Below, in pieces: positions 16,161 through 25,330 of a DNA stretch of 32,885 nucleotides. The stretch is from Planctomycetota bacterium (GTDB lineage: Bacteria; Planctomycetota; MHYJ01; WSZJ01), in the NCBI GenBank assembly GCA_038060895.1, contig JBBTCT010000019.1, positions 20,322-53,206 on the forward strand, in the 5' to 3' direction. Made by a program: the position numbers and the translations under genes. The notes below the pieces were generated by a model. The model was not told the origin of the DNA. It worked only from the letters and a program-made list of their open reading frames with translations, and did not search any database. How positions within the stretch are numbered: the stretch's first letter is position 1; the number at the start of each line of letters is the position of its first letter.

Positions 16161-17905
16161 TATCGCGAACACTCTCCCAAACCGGCCGCCGCCGCGCTGA
16201 AAGGCTTGTCCTCGCCGTGGTCGTAGAAGAGCGACTCGTCCGCATTCTCGGTGGACGCCAGGTCGTTGAGCGCTTCCTTCACGCGCGACTTGTCCACGCG
16301 TCGCGAGAAGGCCCCGAAGTCCTCGGACTCCCTGCGTTCCGCGCGCCACAACTCCACAAGGCGCGACACGGCCTCAGGAACACGCTTCGCCGGAAGCTTG
16401 ATGGCGATGTTTCCGATTTGCGCGGCGGGGCCGACGGCGCCGCCCCAGTGGAGAAGCGCGTGCGGCATGTCGCGGCCGTTGACCGACTTCGTGCAGCCAT
16501 AAAGCCCGATGGGGGCGATGTGATGCTGGCCGCAGGAGTTCGGGCAGCCGCTGATCTTGATGCGGAGGCCGGGGACGTTGGCGAAGAGTGCGCGGTTGCG
16601 CTCGAGGTAGGCGATGATGGCTTCCCCGAGACCTTTGGAATTGGTGATGCCGAGGCCGCAAGTCGTGGTTCCGGGGCAGCTCGTGATGTCGAAAACGGAG
16701 TTCGCGTTCGGGTCGGCCAGGCCGAGCGCCGCGAGTTCTTTCCGGACCGCGGGCAGGTCCTGCCCTGCGACATAGCGCAGCACGAAGTTCTGCTCGTTGG
16801 TGATCCGCGCTTCCCCGCCGGAGTAACGCCGGGTGACGTCGGCGAAGCCGCGCAGGCGGATCGAATCGATGTCGCCGACCCGCACCCACGCCGTCACCGC
16901 GTAATACCCGGGCTGCTTCTGCGCGATCACGTTCGCGCGGAACCAGTCGGTGTCCACAAGGGTTGCCGGGGCTTCGCTCGGAGGACGGAGGCCTTCCGGG
17001 CTTCCGCTGAAGCGATGCACGTACTCGTTGAGATCGGGAAACGGCTTGAGTCGTTCGCCGCCGAGGACCTCCTTGAGTTCGCGCTCGTACTCCTCGCGGA
17101 AGCCGTCGATGCCGAGACGCATCATCACGTATTTCAGGCGCGCCCGTTTGCGGTCCTTGCGCTCTCCGGTCCGGTCGAAGACGCGCACGATCGCTTCCGC
17201 GCTCGCGCACAGATGCGTCGCCGGGAGAAAGCCGTGCAGCAACTGCGCCATGTGCGGCTGCGTGCCGAGCCCGCCGCCGACGCGCACCTCGAATCCGCGC
17301 TCGCGGCCGCGGATCCGCGCGATGCAGCCGATGTCGTTGATGGCCGCCTGCCCGGCGTCGTCGTCGCTTCCGGAAAACGCGATCTTGAATTTGCGCGGCA
17401 ACCCCTGCGTCTTCGGATGGCGCAGAAGGAACTCCGCGACCGCGTTCGCGTACGGCGTCACGTCGAACGCCTCCGCCGGGGAAACCCCCGCGAGCCCTTC
17501 GGCCGCGACGTTCCGGACCGCGTTGCCGCAGGCCTCGCGCGTCGTCATCCCCGCTTCCCCGAGCCGGCGCATGAAGTCCGGCACGCGTTCGAGCGGGACG
17601 TAGTGGATCTGGAAGTCCTGGCGGGTCGTGAGATGGATGGAGCCGCGGCCGAATTCCTGTGCCAGGTCGGCGGTGCGCTCGAGCTGGTCGGCGGAAGCGA
17701 TCCCGGCCGGGAGCTTGATGCGGACCATCTGCCAGGTGCCGCCCTGTCGCTGGCCGTAGATTCCGTGGACGAGGCGGAAGGGGCGCCAGCGTTCGTCGGG
17801 GAGTTCGCCCTTTAGGAATTTGTGCATGGCGTCCTCGAAGACGGCAATGTCTTCGTGGAAGGTGGGGTCGGTGAGGGGTCTGGACGTGATGGTGGAAGTG
17901 GTCAT
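16160..17905 (-). CDS. Siroheme nitrite/sulfite reductase hemoprotein (ferredoxin-dependent NirA/SirA type)
   Basis: GIYGQRQ, MVRIKLPAG, TTRQDFQ, CGNAVRN and LPRKFKIA. Siroheme/4Fe-4S ligands CPGTTTC and SGCPNSCGQH. Confidence 0.92.
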   Translation of the reverse strand: MTTSTITSRPLTDPTFHEDIAVFEDAMHKFLKGELPDERWRPFRLVHGIYGQRQGGTWQMVRIKLPAGIASADQLERTADLAQEFGRGSIHLTTRQDFQIHYVPLERVPDFMRRLGEAGMTTREACGNAVRNVAAEGLAGVSPAEAFDVTPYANAVAEFLLRHPKTQGLPRKFKIAFSGSDDDAGQAAINDIGCIARIRGRERGFEVRVGGGLGTQPHMAQLLHGFLPATHLCASAEAIVRVFDRTGERKDRKRARLKYVMMRLGIDGFREEYERELKEVLGGERLKPFPDLNEYVHRFSGSPEGLRPPSEAPATLVDTDWFRANVIAQKQPGYYAVTAWVRVGDIDSIRLRGFADVTRRYSGGEARITNEQNFVLRYVAGQDLPAVRKELAALGLADPNANSVFDITSCPGTTTCGLGITNSKGLGEAIIAYLERNRALFANVPGLRIKISGCPNSCGQHHIAPIGLYGCTKSVNGRDMPHALLHWGGAVGPAAQIGNIAIKLPAKRVPEAVSRLVELWRAERRESEDFGAFSRRVDKSRVKEALNDLASTENADESLFYDHGEDKPFSAAAAGLGECSR

Positions 17906-17912
17906 GACGCAT

Positions 17913-17944
17913 ACATTAGATACTTGATCCGTTTAGTCAACATT
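17913..17944 (-). promoter_or_regulatory. Sigma70-like promoter of the reductase gene overlapped by an Rrf2 (IscR/CymR-like) operator
   Basis: TTGACT (17940-17935), 16-nt spacer, TAATGT (17918-17913), then 7 nt to the ATG. The overlapping AT-rich imperfect palindrome ATACTTGATCCGTTTAGTCAACATT resembles IscR type-1 sites. Confidence 0.55.
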
Positions 17945-18247
17945 CATTTTTCCATCAAACCCGCACCCCGCTTCACCTTCCGCCGGAGCCCCTTCCATGC
18001 GCACCCCCTTGTCCACCTGTGCCGTCCACCCTTTCGCACTCTCCCCTTTCGCCGAGCCTCTCGACGACGGGAAGGACCGCAGCGCTGAGTTCGCGAAATC
18101 GCTGGAATCGGCGGTCAAGGGCACCAGGGATTCGCGCGCGGCCCTTCGCAAAGAGCTCGTCCTCCCCACGCAGAAAATCTCCTCGTGCGCGTGTCCGGCG
18201 AAAACCCGGAAAGAACGCGGCCGCCGCCAAATGACGGGGACTGCGGT

Positions 18248-18276
18248 TTGACCTAGTCTGCCCACGGCCGTAAGAT
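18248..18276 (+). promoter_or_regulatory. Sigma70-like promoter of the flavoprotein gene
   Basis: TTGACC-17 nt-TAAGAT, ending 10 nt before ATG 18287. No SD sequence. Confidence 0.65.
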
Positions 18277-18286
18277 TCCCGGCCCG

Positions 18287-21200
18287 ATGAGCAACACGGC
18301 CACGCTTCAGCCCGGCATTCCCGGAATTACGTATCCCGATCTCTATGCGCCCGCGGCGCTGCAGCGGCTCCTCGACTTGTTCCATGCCGGAGTCGAACGC
18401 GCCGACCCGGCGCTCTGGAAAGCCTGGCAGCCCTACGCCGCTTCCAAAGGCGCGGGGTTCGGTGCGCCGGCAGTCTCCGAACTGCTGATCCGCATGGCAC
18501 CGCACGTCTCGAAGTTCGTTGCGAAACTGTTCGGCGTCGAGGAAGCGGCGGCAGAACTGCGCGCGAAGATCGCGGGAATGCTGCCGATCTACCTGTACAA
18601 GCGCGACTTCATCGGCCGGCGCGTCTTCAAGAAGTACTCGAAGGAGAATCCGCCGAAGCACGCGAAGGGCGTTCTGTCGCGCATGGGGACGGCGATCGTC
18701 GAGGTCTGGAACATCGACGCGAAGGAAGACCCGGAGCTGCGGTACGCGCGCGCTTCGCTCGACCTGGTCGCGATGGAGAAGAAGCCTGACGCCGAAGTCA
18801 TCGAGCTCGTGCGCCAGGCCATCGAAGCCGACGCTTCCGTTCCCGACGCGCAGGTCGTCGCCAAGGCGATTGAGATCATGGAGGCCTGGGCGTTCGTGCG
18901 CGGGTCCGACCCGGTCTACCGCACGGGAATCCGCGGCTGGGCCTCGTACCGGCAACCCGAGGACATGCACTGGCCCGACGACCTCGTCGAGCTGGTCCGC
19001 CCGAACGCCGCGCGCCCCGAGGAGATCGTCGGCCCCGAGCATCGCATGCGCAAACGCGACGGGTTCAAGCTGACCGACCCGCGCATGAACCCGAAGCAGG
19101 CGCTCGGCGAAGTCCACTATTGCATCCTCTGCCACCCGCGCGAGAAGGACTCGTGCTCGCGCGGCATGAAGGGCAAGGACGGGAAGAACGTTCCGAACCC
19201 GCTGGGCGTGCCGCTCGCGGGCTGCCCGCTCGAGGAAAAGATTTCAGAAGCGCACACTCTCAAGAAGGCCGGCGACGTCATCGGCGCCAACGCGATCGTC
19301 TGCGTCGACAACCCGCTCTGCGCCGGCACCGGCCACCGCATCTGCAACGACTGCATGAAAGCCTGCATCTTCCAGAAGCAGGAACCGGTGAACATTCCGG
19401 AAGCGGAGACCGCGACGCTCGTCGAGCTGCTCAATCTCCCGTGGGGATTCGAGATCTACACGTTCCTCACGCGCTGGAACCCGCTCAACGTGAAACGTCC
19501 GTGCGCGCTTCCGTACAACGGGCGCAATGTCCTCGTCGTCGGCCTCGGCCCCGCCGGGTACACGCTGGCGCACCACCTCGCGAACGAAGGATTCGGCGTC
19601 TGCGGGATCGACGGTCTCAAGATCGAGCCGCTTCCGGAAGAGCTGGTCGGAAGGCCCGGCAAGCCGCCGAAGCCGATCCGCGACTGGAAGCCGCTGGTGG
19701 ACGAGCTGGACAACCGGGTGCTGCTCGGATTCGGCGGCGTGAGCGAATACGGGATCACCGTGCGGTGGGACAAGAACTTCCTCAAGGTCGTCTACCTCAC
19801 GCTGCTGCGACGCGAGACGCTGCGCATGTACGGTGGGGTGCGCTTCGGCGGCACGATGCTGCTCGAGGACGCTTGGAAGCTCGGATTCGACCACGTCGCG
19901 ATTGCGGCGGGCGCAGGGCGGCCGACGATCATCGACATGAAGAACAATCTCATCCGCGGCGTGCGGAAGGCGAGCGACTTCCTCATGGCGCTCCAGTTGA
20001 CCGGCGCCTACAAGGACAACGCCCTCGCGAACCTCCAGATGCGGCTGCCCGCGATCGTGATCGGCGGCGGCCTGACGGCTGTTGACGCGACGACCGAGGC
20101 CGCGGCGTACTACCCCCGACAGGTCGAGAAGTTCCTCGACCGCTGGGAGAAGCTGGTCGCGAGCGGGAAGAAGGACGAGGAACTCTGGGCGCGCTTCGAC
20201 GAGGAAGAGAAGATCATCGCGAAGGAGTTCCTCGACCACGGGAAAGAAATCCGCAACGAACGCCGCCGCGCGAAACAGGACGGGAAGGAGCCCGACTTCG
20301 CGAAGCACGTGCGCAAGTGGGGCGGGGTCACGATGGTCTACCGGAAGTCGATCCAGGACTCCCCCGCTTACAGGGTCAACCACGAGGAAGTCATCAAGGC
20401 CCTCGAGGAAGGAATCTCGGTCCTCGAAAAGCACAACCCGATCGAATGCCACCCGGATCGCTTCGGCGCTCTCGATGCAGTGACGTTCGAGAAGTCGCGC
20501 CAGGAAAACGGGAAGTGGATCGACACGAAGGAATTCGTGAAGCTCCCCGCGCGGAGCCTTTTCGTCGCGGCGGGGACGACGCCGAACATCATCTACGAGA
20601 AGGAACATCCCGGGACGTTCAAGCTCGATGCGAAGAAGAAGTTCTTCCAGGCGTTCAAGATCGAAGGCGGCAAGTTGACGCCCGCCGACGGCCCTGGTGC
20701 CGGCGGGTTCTTCACTTCCTATGAGAAGGAAGGAAAGGTCGTCTCGTTCTACGGCGACAACCATCCCGTCTACGCCGGGAGCGTCGTCAAGGCCATGGCC
20801 TCGGCGCGCGACGGCTACGGCCACGTCTCAAAGCTCTTCGAAGCAGATCTCGCGAAGCTCGACGCGGCAAAGCAGCCGGAGCGCGACGCGAAGTGGAAGA
20901 AGACGTGCGCGACGCTCGACGACGGGCTCTGCGCCACCGTCCACGAGGTCATCCGGCTCACGTCGAACATCGTCGAAGTCGTCGTCCGCGCGCCCTTCGC
21001 CGCCGCCCGCTTCGAGCCCGGCCAGTTCTACCGCCTGCAGAATTTTGAGGTGGATGCGCCGGAGCTGGAAGGCACGAAGCTGATGATGGAAGGGATCGCG
21101 CTGACGGGCGCCTGGACCGACAAGCCGAAAGGCCTGCTCTCGATGATCATTCTCGAGATGGGCGGCAGTTCACGGCAGTGCGCGATGCTGAAGAAGGGCC

Positions 21201-21901
21201 AGCGCGTTGTCGTCATGGGCCCGACCGGCGCGCCCACGCATATCCCGCACGGGGAAGACGTCCTCCTCGCCGGCGGAGGCCTCGGCAACGCCGTCCTGTT
21301 CTCGATCGGCAAAGCGCTCAGAACCGCCGGCAACCGCGTCCTCTACTTCGCCGCCTACCGCTCGCCGAAAGACATGTACCACGTTGACGACATCGAGGCC
21401 GCCAGCGACCAGATCATCTGGTCCGTCGATACCGGCGACATGATCAGCGCCCGCCGCCCCCAGGACCGTTCCTTCCGCGGTAACGTCGTGCAGGCGATGA
21501 CGGCGTACGCGAAAGGCGAACTTGGCGAGAAGGTCGTCCCCTTCGAAAGCGTGAAGCGGATCATTGCGATCGGCAGCGACCGGATGATGGCTGCGGTGAC
21601 GAAGTCGCGGAAGGAAGTCCTCGCGCCCTGGCTGAAGGAGCACACCGGCGTCGCTTCGATCAACAGCACCATGCAGTGCATGATGAAGGAGGTCTGCGCG
21701 CAGTGCCTTCAGAAGCACGTGGACCCGGTGACGGGCAAGGAAACCGCTCCCGTCTTCTCGTGCTTCAATCAGGACCAGCCCATGGACTGCGTCGACTGGA
21801 AGAACCTGAATGAGCGGCTGAAGATGAATTCGGTACAGGAGAAGCTCGGGAACATGTGGCTGGACATGATCCTTGCGAAGCATCCGCTCGCAAAGGTGTA
21901 G
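18287..21901 (+). CDS. Fused FAD/Fe-S oxidoreductase: GltD/NfnB-like N-terminal part and FNR/NfnA (PyrK)-like C-terminal part
   Basis: Fe-S Cys cluster CILCH...SC...GCP...C...CNDCMKAC, FAD motif VVGLGPAG, and NAD(P)H motif IGGGLTAVD...YRKS. Then PGQFY, GPTG, GGGLGNA and the [2Fe-2S]-type CMMKEVCAQC...C. Confidence 0.85.
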   Translation: MSNTATLQPGIPGITYPDLYAPAALQRLLDLFHAGVERADPALWKAWQPYAASKGAGFGAPAVSELLIRMAPHVSKFVAKLFGVEEAAAELRAKIAGMLPIYLYKRDFIGRRVFKKYSKENPPKHAKGVLSRMGTAIVEVWNIDAKEDPELRYARASLDLVAMEKKPDAEVIELVRQAIEADASVPDAQVVAKAIEIMEAWAFVRGSDPVYRTGIRGWASYRQPEDMHWPDDLVELVRPNAARPEEIVGPEHRMRKRDGFKLTDPRMNPKQALGEVHYCILCHPREKDSCSRGMKGKDGKNVPNPLGVPLAGCPLEEKISEAHTLKKAGDVIGANAIVCVDNPLCAGTGHRICNDCMKACIFQKQEPVNIPEAETATLVELLNLPWGFEIYTFLTRWNPLNVKRPCALPYNGRNVLVVGLGPAGYTLAHHLANEGFGVCGIDGLKIEPLPEELVGRPGKPPKPIRDWKPLVDELDNRVLLGFGGVSEYGITVRWDKNFLKVVYLTLLRRETLRMYGGVRFGGTMLLEDAWKLGFDHVAIAAGAGRPTIIDMKNNLIRGVRKASDFLMALQLTGAYKDNALANLQMRLPAIVIGGGLTAVDATTEAAAYYPRQVEKFLDRWEKLVASGKKDEELWARFDEEEKIIAKEFLDHGKEIRNERRRAKQDGKEPDFAKHVRKWGGVTMVYRKSIQDSPAYRVNHEEVIKALEEGISVLEKHNPIECHPDRFGALDAVTFEKSRQENGKWIDTKEFVKLPARSLFVAAGTTPNIIYEKEHPGTFKLDAKKKFFQAFKIEGGKLTPADGPGAGGFFTSYEKEGKVVSFYGDNHPVYAGSVVKAMASARDGYGHVSKLFEADLAKLDAAKQPERDAKWKKTCATLDDGLCATVHEVIRLTSNIVEVVVRAPFAAARFEPGQFYRLQNFEVDAPELEGTKLMMEGIALTGAWTDKPKGLLSMIILEMGGSSRQCAMLKKGQRVVVMGPTGAPTHIPHGEDVLLAGGGLGNAVLFSIGKALRTAGNRVLYFAAYRSPKDMYHVDDIEAASDQIIWSVDTGDMISARRPQDRSFRGNVVQAMTAYAKGELGEKVVPFESVKRIIAIGSDRMMAAVTKSRKEVLAPWLKEHTGVASINSTMQCMMKEVCAQCLQKHVDPVTGKETAPVFSCFNQDQPMDCVDWKNLNERLKMNSVQEKLGNMWLDMILAKHPLAKV

Positions 21902-21906
21902 GGCCC

Positions 21907-22944
21907 CTACCTGGTCCCAATCTCATACCCGTAGATCCCCGTCCACTCCTTCATCGCCTTCTCCTGCTCCTCCGAGAGCCTCAACGTCTCCTTCATCCGC
22001 TTCTGCACCGACACCATCAACTCCGCCTCCGCCACAGCCGTCGTCCAGTCGTTCACTTTCTCTCCCGCCGCCTTCTTCTTTTCGGCCTCCGCCTGGATCT
22101 CGTCGTACGCACGCATGTACTCGCCGACGATCGGGGCAATCGAAGCGGCCTGGGTGTCGTCGAGCTTCAGGGCGGACTTCCACTGGCCGCCGATCTGCGC
22201 CGCAACGCTCTCGCGGTCTCCGGAGACGGAGTGCCTCGGCGCCATGGAAGGGATGTCGTTGAACATGTCCATGCCGTCGAGCATCTCGATCTGGTCGGTG
22301 CGAAGCACCCCGCGGATCCCCAGGAACCCGCCTCCCGAGATCTCCAGCATGTCGAGGCTCCGCTCCATCCCGGTCAGTGACTCACGCCCTGCGACGTATT
22401 CCATCCAGCCTTTGTCGGCGGCGGCCATCAACGCCTGGATCTTCGCCATCTGCGCCGCGTCGGGAGGCAGGTCGGAGCCCTCGAGGACGCCGAGCAGCAG
22501 CCCCAGCATCCCCTCCGGAGACATCATCGCCTCCTCCATCGACACGCCGTACTTCTTCGCCGCGTCGGAGAGAAGGGAGAAGAAGTCGCCCATCAGCTCG
22601 GTCTCTGCCGCAGAGCGCTCGCTCTTGTCCTTCATCTGCTCTCGCAACTTGTAGACCTTCGCGCCGAGTTCCTTCCATGTCGGGCCCTTCCTGGCGGGCG
22701 GCTTCACGGCTGCATCGCCGGACCCGCCGGACTTTTCGAGCGAAGCGAGCTCGCCGCGCAGGCGCTCGCCCTCCGACACGAGCGCTCTGAGTTCCGGATC
22801 CGGGGAGGGCTCGCTCTTCGAAGTGGGAGACCCCGGCGCTGCCGGCGCCGGTGAATCCGGCGATCGGTGCCACGCGAAGGCACGGTAGGCCCCTGCGGCC
22901 AGGACGGCACCGACGACCGTTCCGAGCAGAATTCCCTTCAGCAT
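21907..22944 (-). CDS. Hypothetical membrane-anchored helical protein, paralog 6 of tandem array
   Basis: MLKGILLG TM anchor, coiled coil, EEAMMSPEG, WKSALKLDDTQ and LRLSEEQEKAMKEW. SD GGAG. Confidence 0.85.
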   Translation of the reverse strand: MLKGILLGTVVGAVLAAGAYRAFAWHRSPDSPAPAAPGSPTSKSEPSPDPELRALVSEGERLRGELASLEKSGGSGDAAVKPPARKGPTWKELGAKVYKLREQMKDKSERSAAETELMGDFFSLLSDAAKKYGVSMEEAMMSPEGMLGLLLGVLEGSDLPPDAAQMAKIQALMAAADKGWMEYVAGRESLTGMERSLDMLEISGGGFLGIRGVLRTDQIEMLDGMDMFNDIPSMAPRHSVSGDRESVAAQIGGQWKSALKLDDTQAASIAPIVGEYMRAYDEIQAEAEKKKAAGEKVNDWTTAVAEAELMVSVQKRMKETLRLSEEQEKAMKEWTGIYGYEIGTR

Positions 22945-22954
22945 CGAACCGCTC

Positions 22955-24043
22955 CTACTTTCCAGGATCAGACGTCGGCGTGGCCGGTCCGCGCCAGTGG
23001 TTGTACGTGGTTGACCAGTTTTTGAGCGCCAGCTTCTGCTCGTTCGTCAGCGTGAACGAGGAGGCGATTTTCTGCTGCGCGGCGATCTGCGCTTCGAGCC
23101 GCGCCAGCGCCATCTTCGTCTCCCCTCCCTTGATTCCCGCGGCCGTGTCCTTCTGGAACGCCGCCGTCGCCTCGTCGATCGTCCGGATGTATTCCTCAAC
23201 GATCGGTTCGAAGGACTTCGACTGCGACTCTTCAAATTGCAGCGCCTTGGCCCACTGCCTGGAGAAATTATCGCGAATCACCTCGGGGGTGCCGCTGGCG
23301 AAGTGGGAGGCGGTTCCCATGCTCCCCATCATTCCCATTCCCATCGCCTTGAGTGCATTCGCGGCCTCGGCATGCTCCGGTCCCAGTTGGGCGATGAACG
23401 CTTCCGAAGTGCCCAGTCCGTTGCGCATCATTTCGAGCCGTTGTTCGAGCGTCGTGCGGCCTTCCTTGTCTTTCTGAAGCGACTCGAATCCGGCGGTCAT
23501 GTCTGCGGTGAATTTTTCGAGCGCCTGGCGCTCCGCGTCCGTTAGCGGCGGCTCGGAGTCATCGAGGGCGGCGGCCAGGAGCGCCGGCAGTCCATCGGGA
23601 GTCAGCAGCGCCTCGCCGAGCGAAACTCCGCGCTCCTTCGCGATCTTGCCCAGTAGCCCGACCATCTCGAGCATGAGGTCCTGCGATCCCGCCATGCCGT
23701 TCTTCGGATCGTCCTTGATCGCTTTGAAGAACGCGATCAAGCCCTTGGCGATCTTTCCCCATCGATTCGCGGACTTCCCCGGCTTTGCGGCCAGGGCCGC
23801 CTCGGCTGCCTTGGCCTGCGCGAGTTTCAGGTCCGAGATCCGTTTGAGGGTCGCCTCGTTTTCAGCCTTCAGCCGGGCGACCTCTGCGGCGTTGTCCGCA
23901 GGAGGGGAAGCGGGATTCCCGGCCGACCGCTCGGCCGTCTCAGGCGAGGGGGCTCCGGGCGCACTTCCCCGGTCGAGGAGCTTGCAAATGACCAGGGTCA
24001 ACGCAGCGCTGAGGAAAAGTCCGATCACGAAACCGCGGGCCAT
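22955..24043 (-). CDS. Hypothetical membrane-anchored helical protein, paralog 5 of tandem array
   Basis: Start at MARGFVIG (24043) by homology to the neighbours. GEALLTPDG, WAKALQFEESQ and FTLTNEQKLALKNW. Confidence 0.85.
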   Translation of the reverse strand: MARGFVIGLFLSAALTLVICKLLDRGSAPGAPSPETAERSAGNPASPPADNAAEVARLKAENEATLKRISDLKLAQAKAAEAALAAKPGKSANRWGKIAKGLIAFFKAIKDDPKNGMAGSQDLMLEMVGLLGKIAKERGVSLGEALLTPDGLPALLAAALDDSEPPLTDAERQALEKFTADMTAGFESLQKDKEGRTTLEQRLEMMRNGLGTSEAFIAQLGPEHAEAANALKAMGMGMMGSMGTASHFASGTPEVIRDNFSRQWAKALQFEESQSKSFEPIVEEYIRTIDEATAAFQKDTAAGIKGGETKMALARLEAQIAAQQKIASSFTLTNEQKLALKNWSTTYNHWRGPATPTSDPGK

Positions 24044-24216
24044 GAAGGAGGGCTCCGAGAAGGGGTAAGCGAGACTCTGCAAAGCGGGGGCCGATTCAGC
24101 CGGCCTCGGCCCATCGCGAAACCGGCCGCAACTGTACGGCGCGTACACGCGGAGTCAGTGTATTCGGAATCCAGGGGTTGATGTTCGGTGGGCAAGGGCA
24201 AGTGCAAGGGAAACGG

Positions 24217-25317
24217 CTACTTTCCTGCTGGCGGCGGCTCGAATACGTTAACCCCGTACACATCTCCCCACCCCTTCATCGCCTTCGCCTGCTCTTCCGT
24301 CAGCCTCGCCGTCTCCGCCAGCTTCTTCTGCGTCTCGATCATCAATGCCACCTGCCCCTTGTATTGCTCGCTCCAGGAAATCTCTTCGCCGGCCTGCTTC
24401 CTCTTCCAGACCGCATTGTTGATCTCCTGCGCCTTCGCCATGAACTCGTCTACGATCGGGCCGATCGCCCGCTCCTGGATCGGGTCGAGATTCAGCACCT
24501 CGGTCCACTTCCCCGTCAGCTCCTTCGTCACCTTCTCGCGCGATCCTTCAATCCACGTCGAAGGCCCGCCGTCGTCGTGAACTTCGAACATCTCGTACGC
24601 CCTGGCGATCGCCGCCTGCTCCGGCGTCAGGCCGGCCAGCATCGCCCCCATCGTCTTTTGCATCGCTTCCCCTCGCGCGACGCGCTGCTCCAGCTTCGAC
24701 AGGTCGTCGCGTGAAGCGCGGTACGCCTTCCATGCCTCCGCGCCTCCTTCTCGAAGCGCCTCGAGCCGCGCCAGTTCCCCGGGAGACGGAGGCGGGTCGG
24801 ATTGCGCGAGGACCTCGAGCAGCAGTTTTGTCAATCCGTCGGGAGACATGAGCGCCTCTTCGAACGGCATTCCCAGGCGCCGCGACAATTCGGTGACGGC
24901 CGCAAACATCTCAAGCTGCAGATCCTTGCAGTCGTCCGGCCAGTCGTCCCACTTCTTGCCGCGCACCTTTTCGCGGACCTTCGCGAGCTTCGCGGCGATC
25001 TCGCGCCAAGTCTTGGCCGGTGAGGAAGCGGCCGATCCACTGGTGGCCCCCGACTTTGAGATGTCCTCGACCTTCCGGCGAAGCGCCGCATTTTCGGTGC
25101 GAAGGGTCTCTGTCTCCTGGCGGGCCGTCGCGATTTCGGCTCGTAGGCGTTCAGCCTCCGCCCCGGCGGCGGAACTCCCGGAGGATTCCGCCGTCGTCGA
25201 TCCGCCGCCGCCGGACGCGAGTGTAGCCCGTCCCGACTCCACTGCCCTGAGGAGGACCGCCGACAACAGGGCGCCCGCGATCAGCCCTGCCAGCCCCCAT
25301 CCCGCCCGGACGCCCAT
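24217..25317 (-). CDS. Hypothetical membrane-anchored helical protein, paralog 4 of tandem array
   Basis: GLAGLIAGALL anchor, EEALMSPDG, WTEVLNLDPIQ and ARLTEEQAKAMKGW. Confidence 0.85.
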   Translation of the reverse strand: MGVRAGWGLAGLIAGALLSAVLLRAVESGRATLASGGGGSTTAESSGSSAAGAEAERLRAEIATARQETETLRTENAALRRKVEDISKSGATSGSAASSPAKTWREIAAKLAKVREKVRGKKWDDWPDDCKDLQLEMFAAVTELSRRLGMPFEEALMSPDGLTKLLLEVLAQSDPPPSPGELARLEALREGGAEAWKAYRASRDDLSKLEQRVARGEAMQKTMGAMLAGLTPEQAAIARAYEMFEVHDDGGPSTWIEGSREKVTKELTGKWTEVLNLDPIQERAIGPIVDEFMAKAQEINNAVWKRKQAGEEISWSEQYKGQVALMIETQKKLAETARLTEEQAKAMKGWGDVYGVNVFEPPPAGK

Positions 25318-25330
25318 CGAGAACCTCTTC

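Noticed and set aside
17997-18251. 84-aa ORF between the reductase and the flavoprotein
   Set aside because: No SD or recognisable motif, and it runs into the predicted promoter. It cannot be supported, though a remnant is not excluded.
18287-21901. Calling the flavoprotein gltD or dsrL
   Set aside because: There is no gltB or dsr context, and the C-terminus is an FNR/[2Fe-2S] module rather than a 2x[4Fe-4S] ferredoxin domain.
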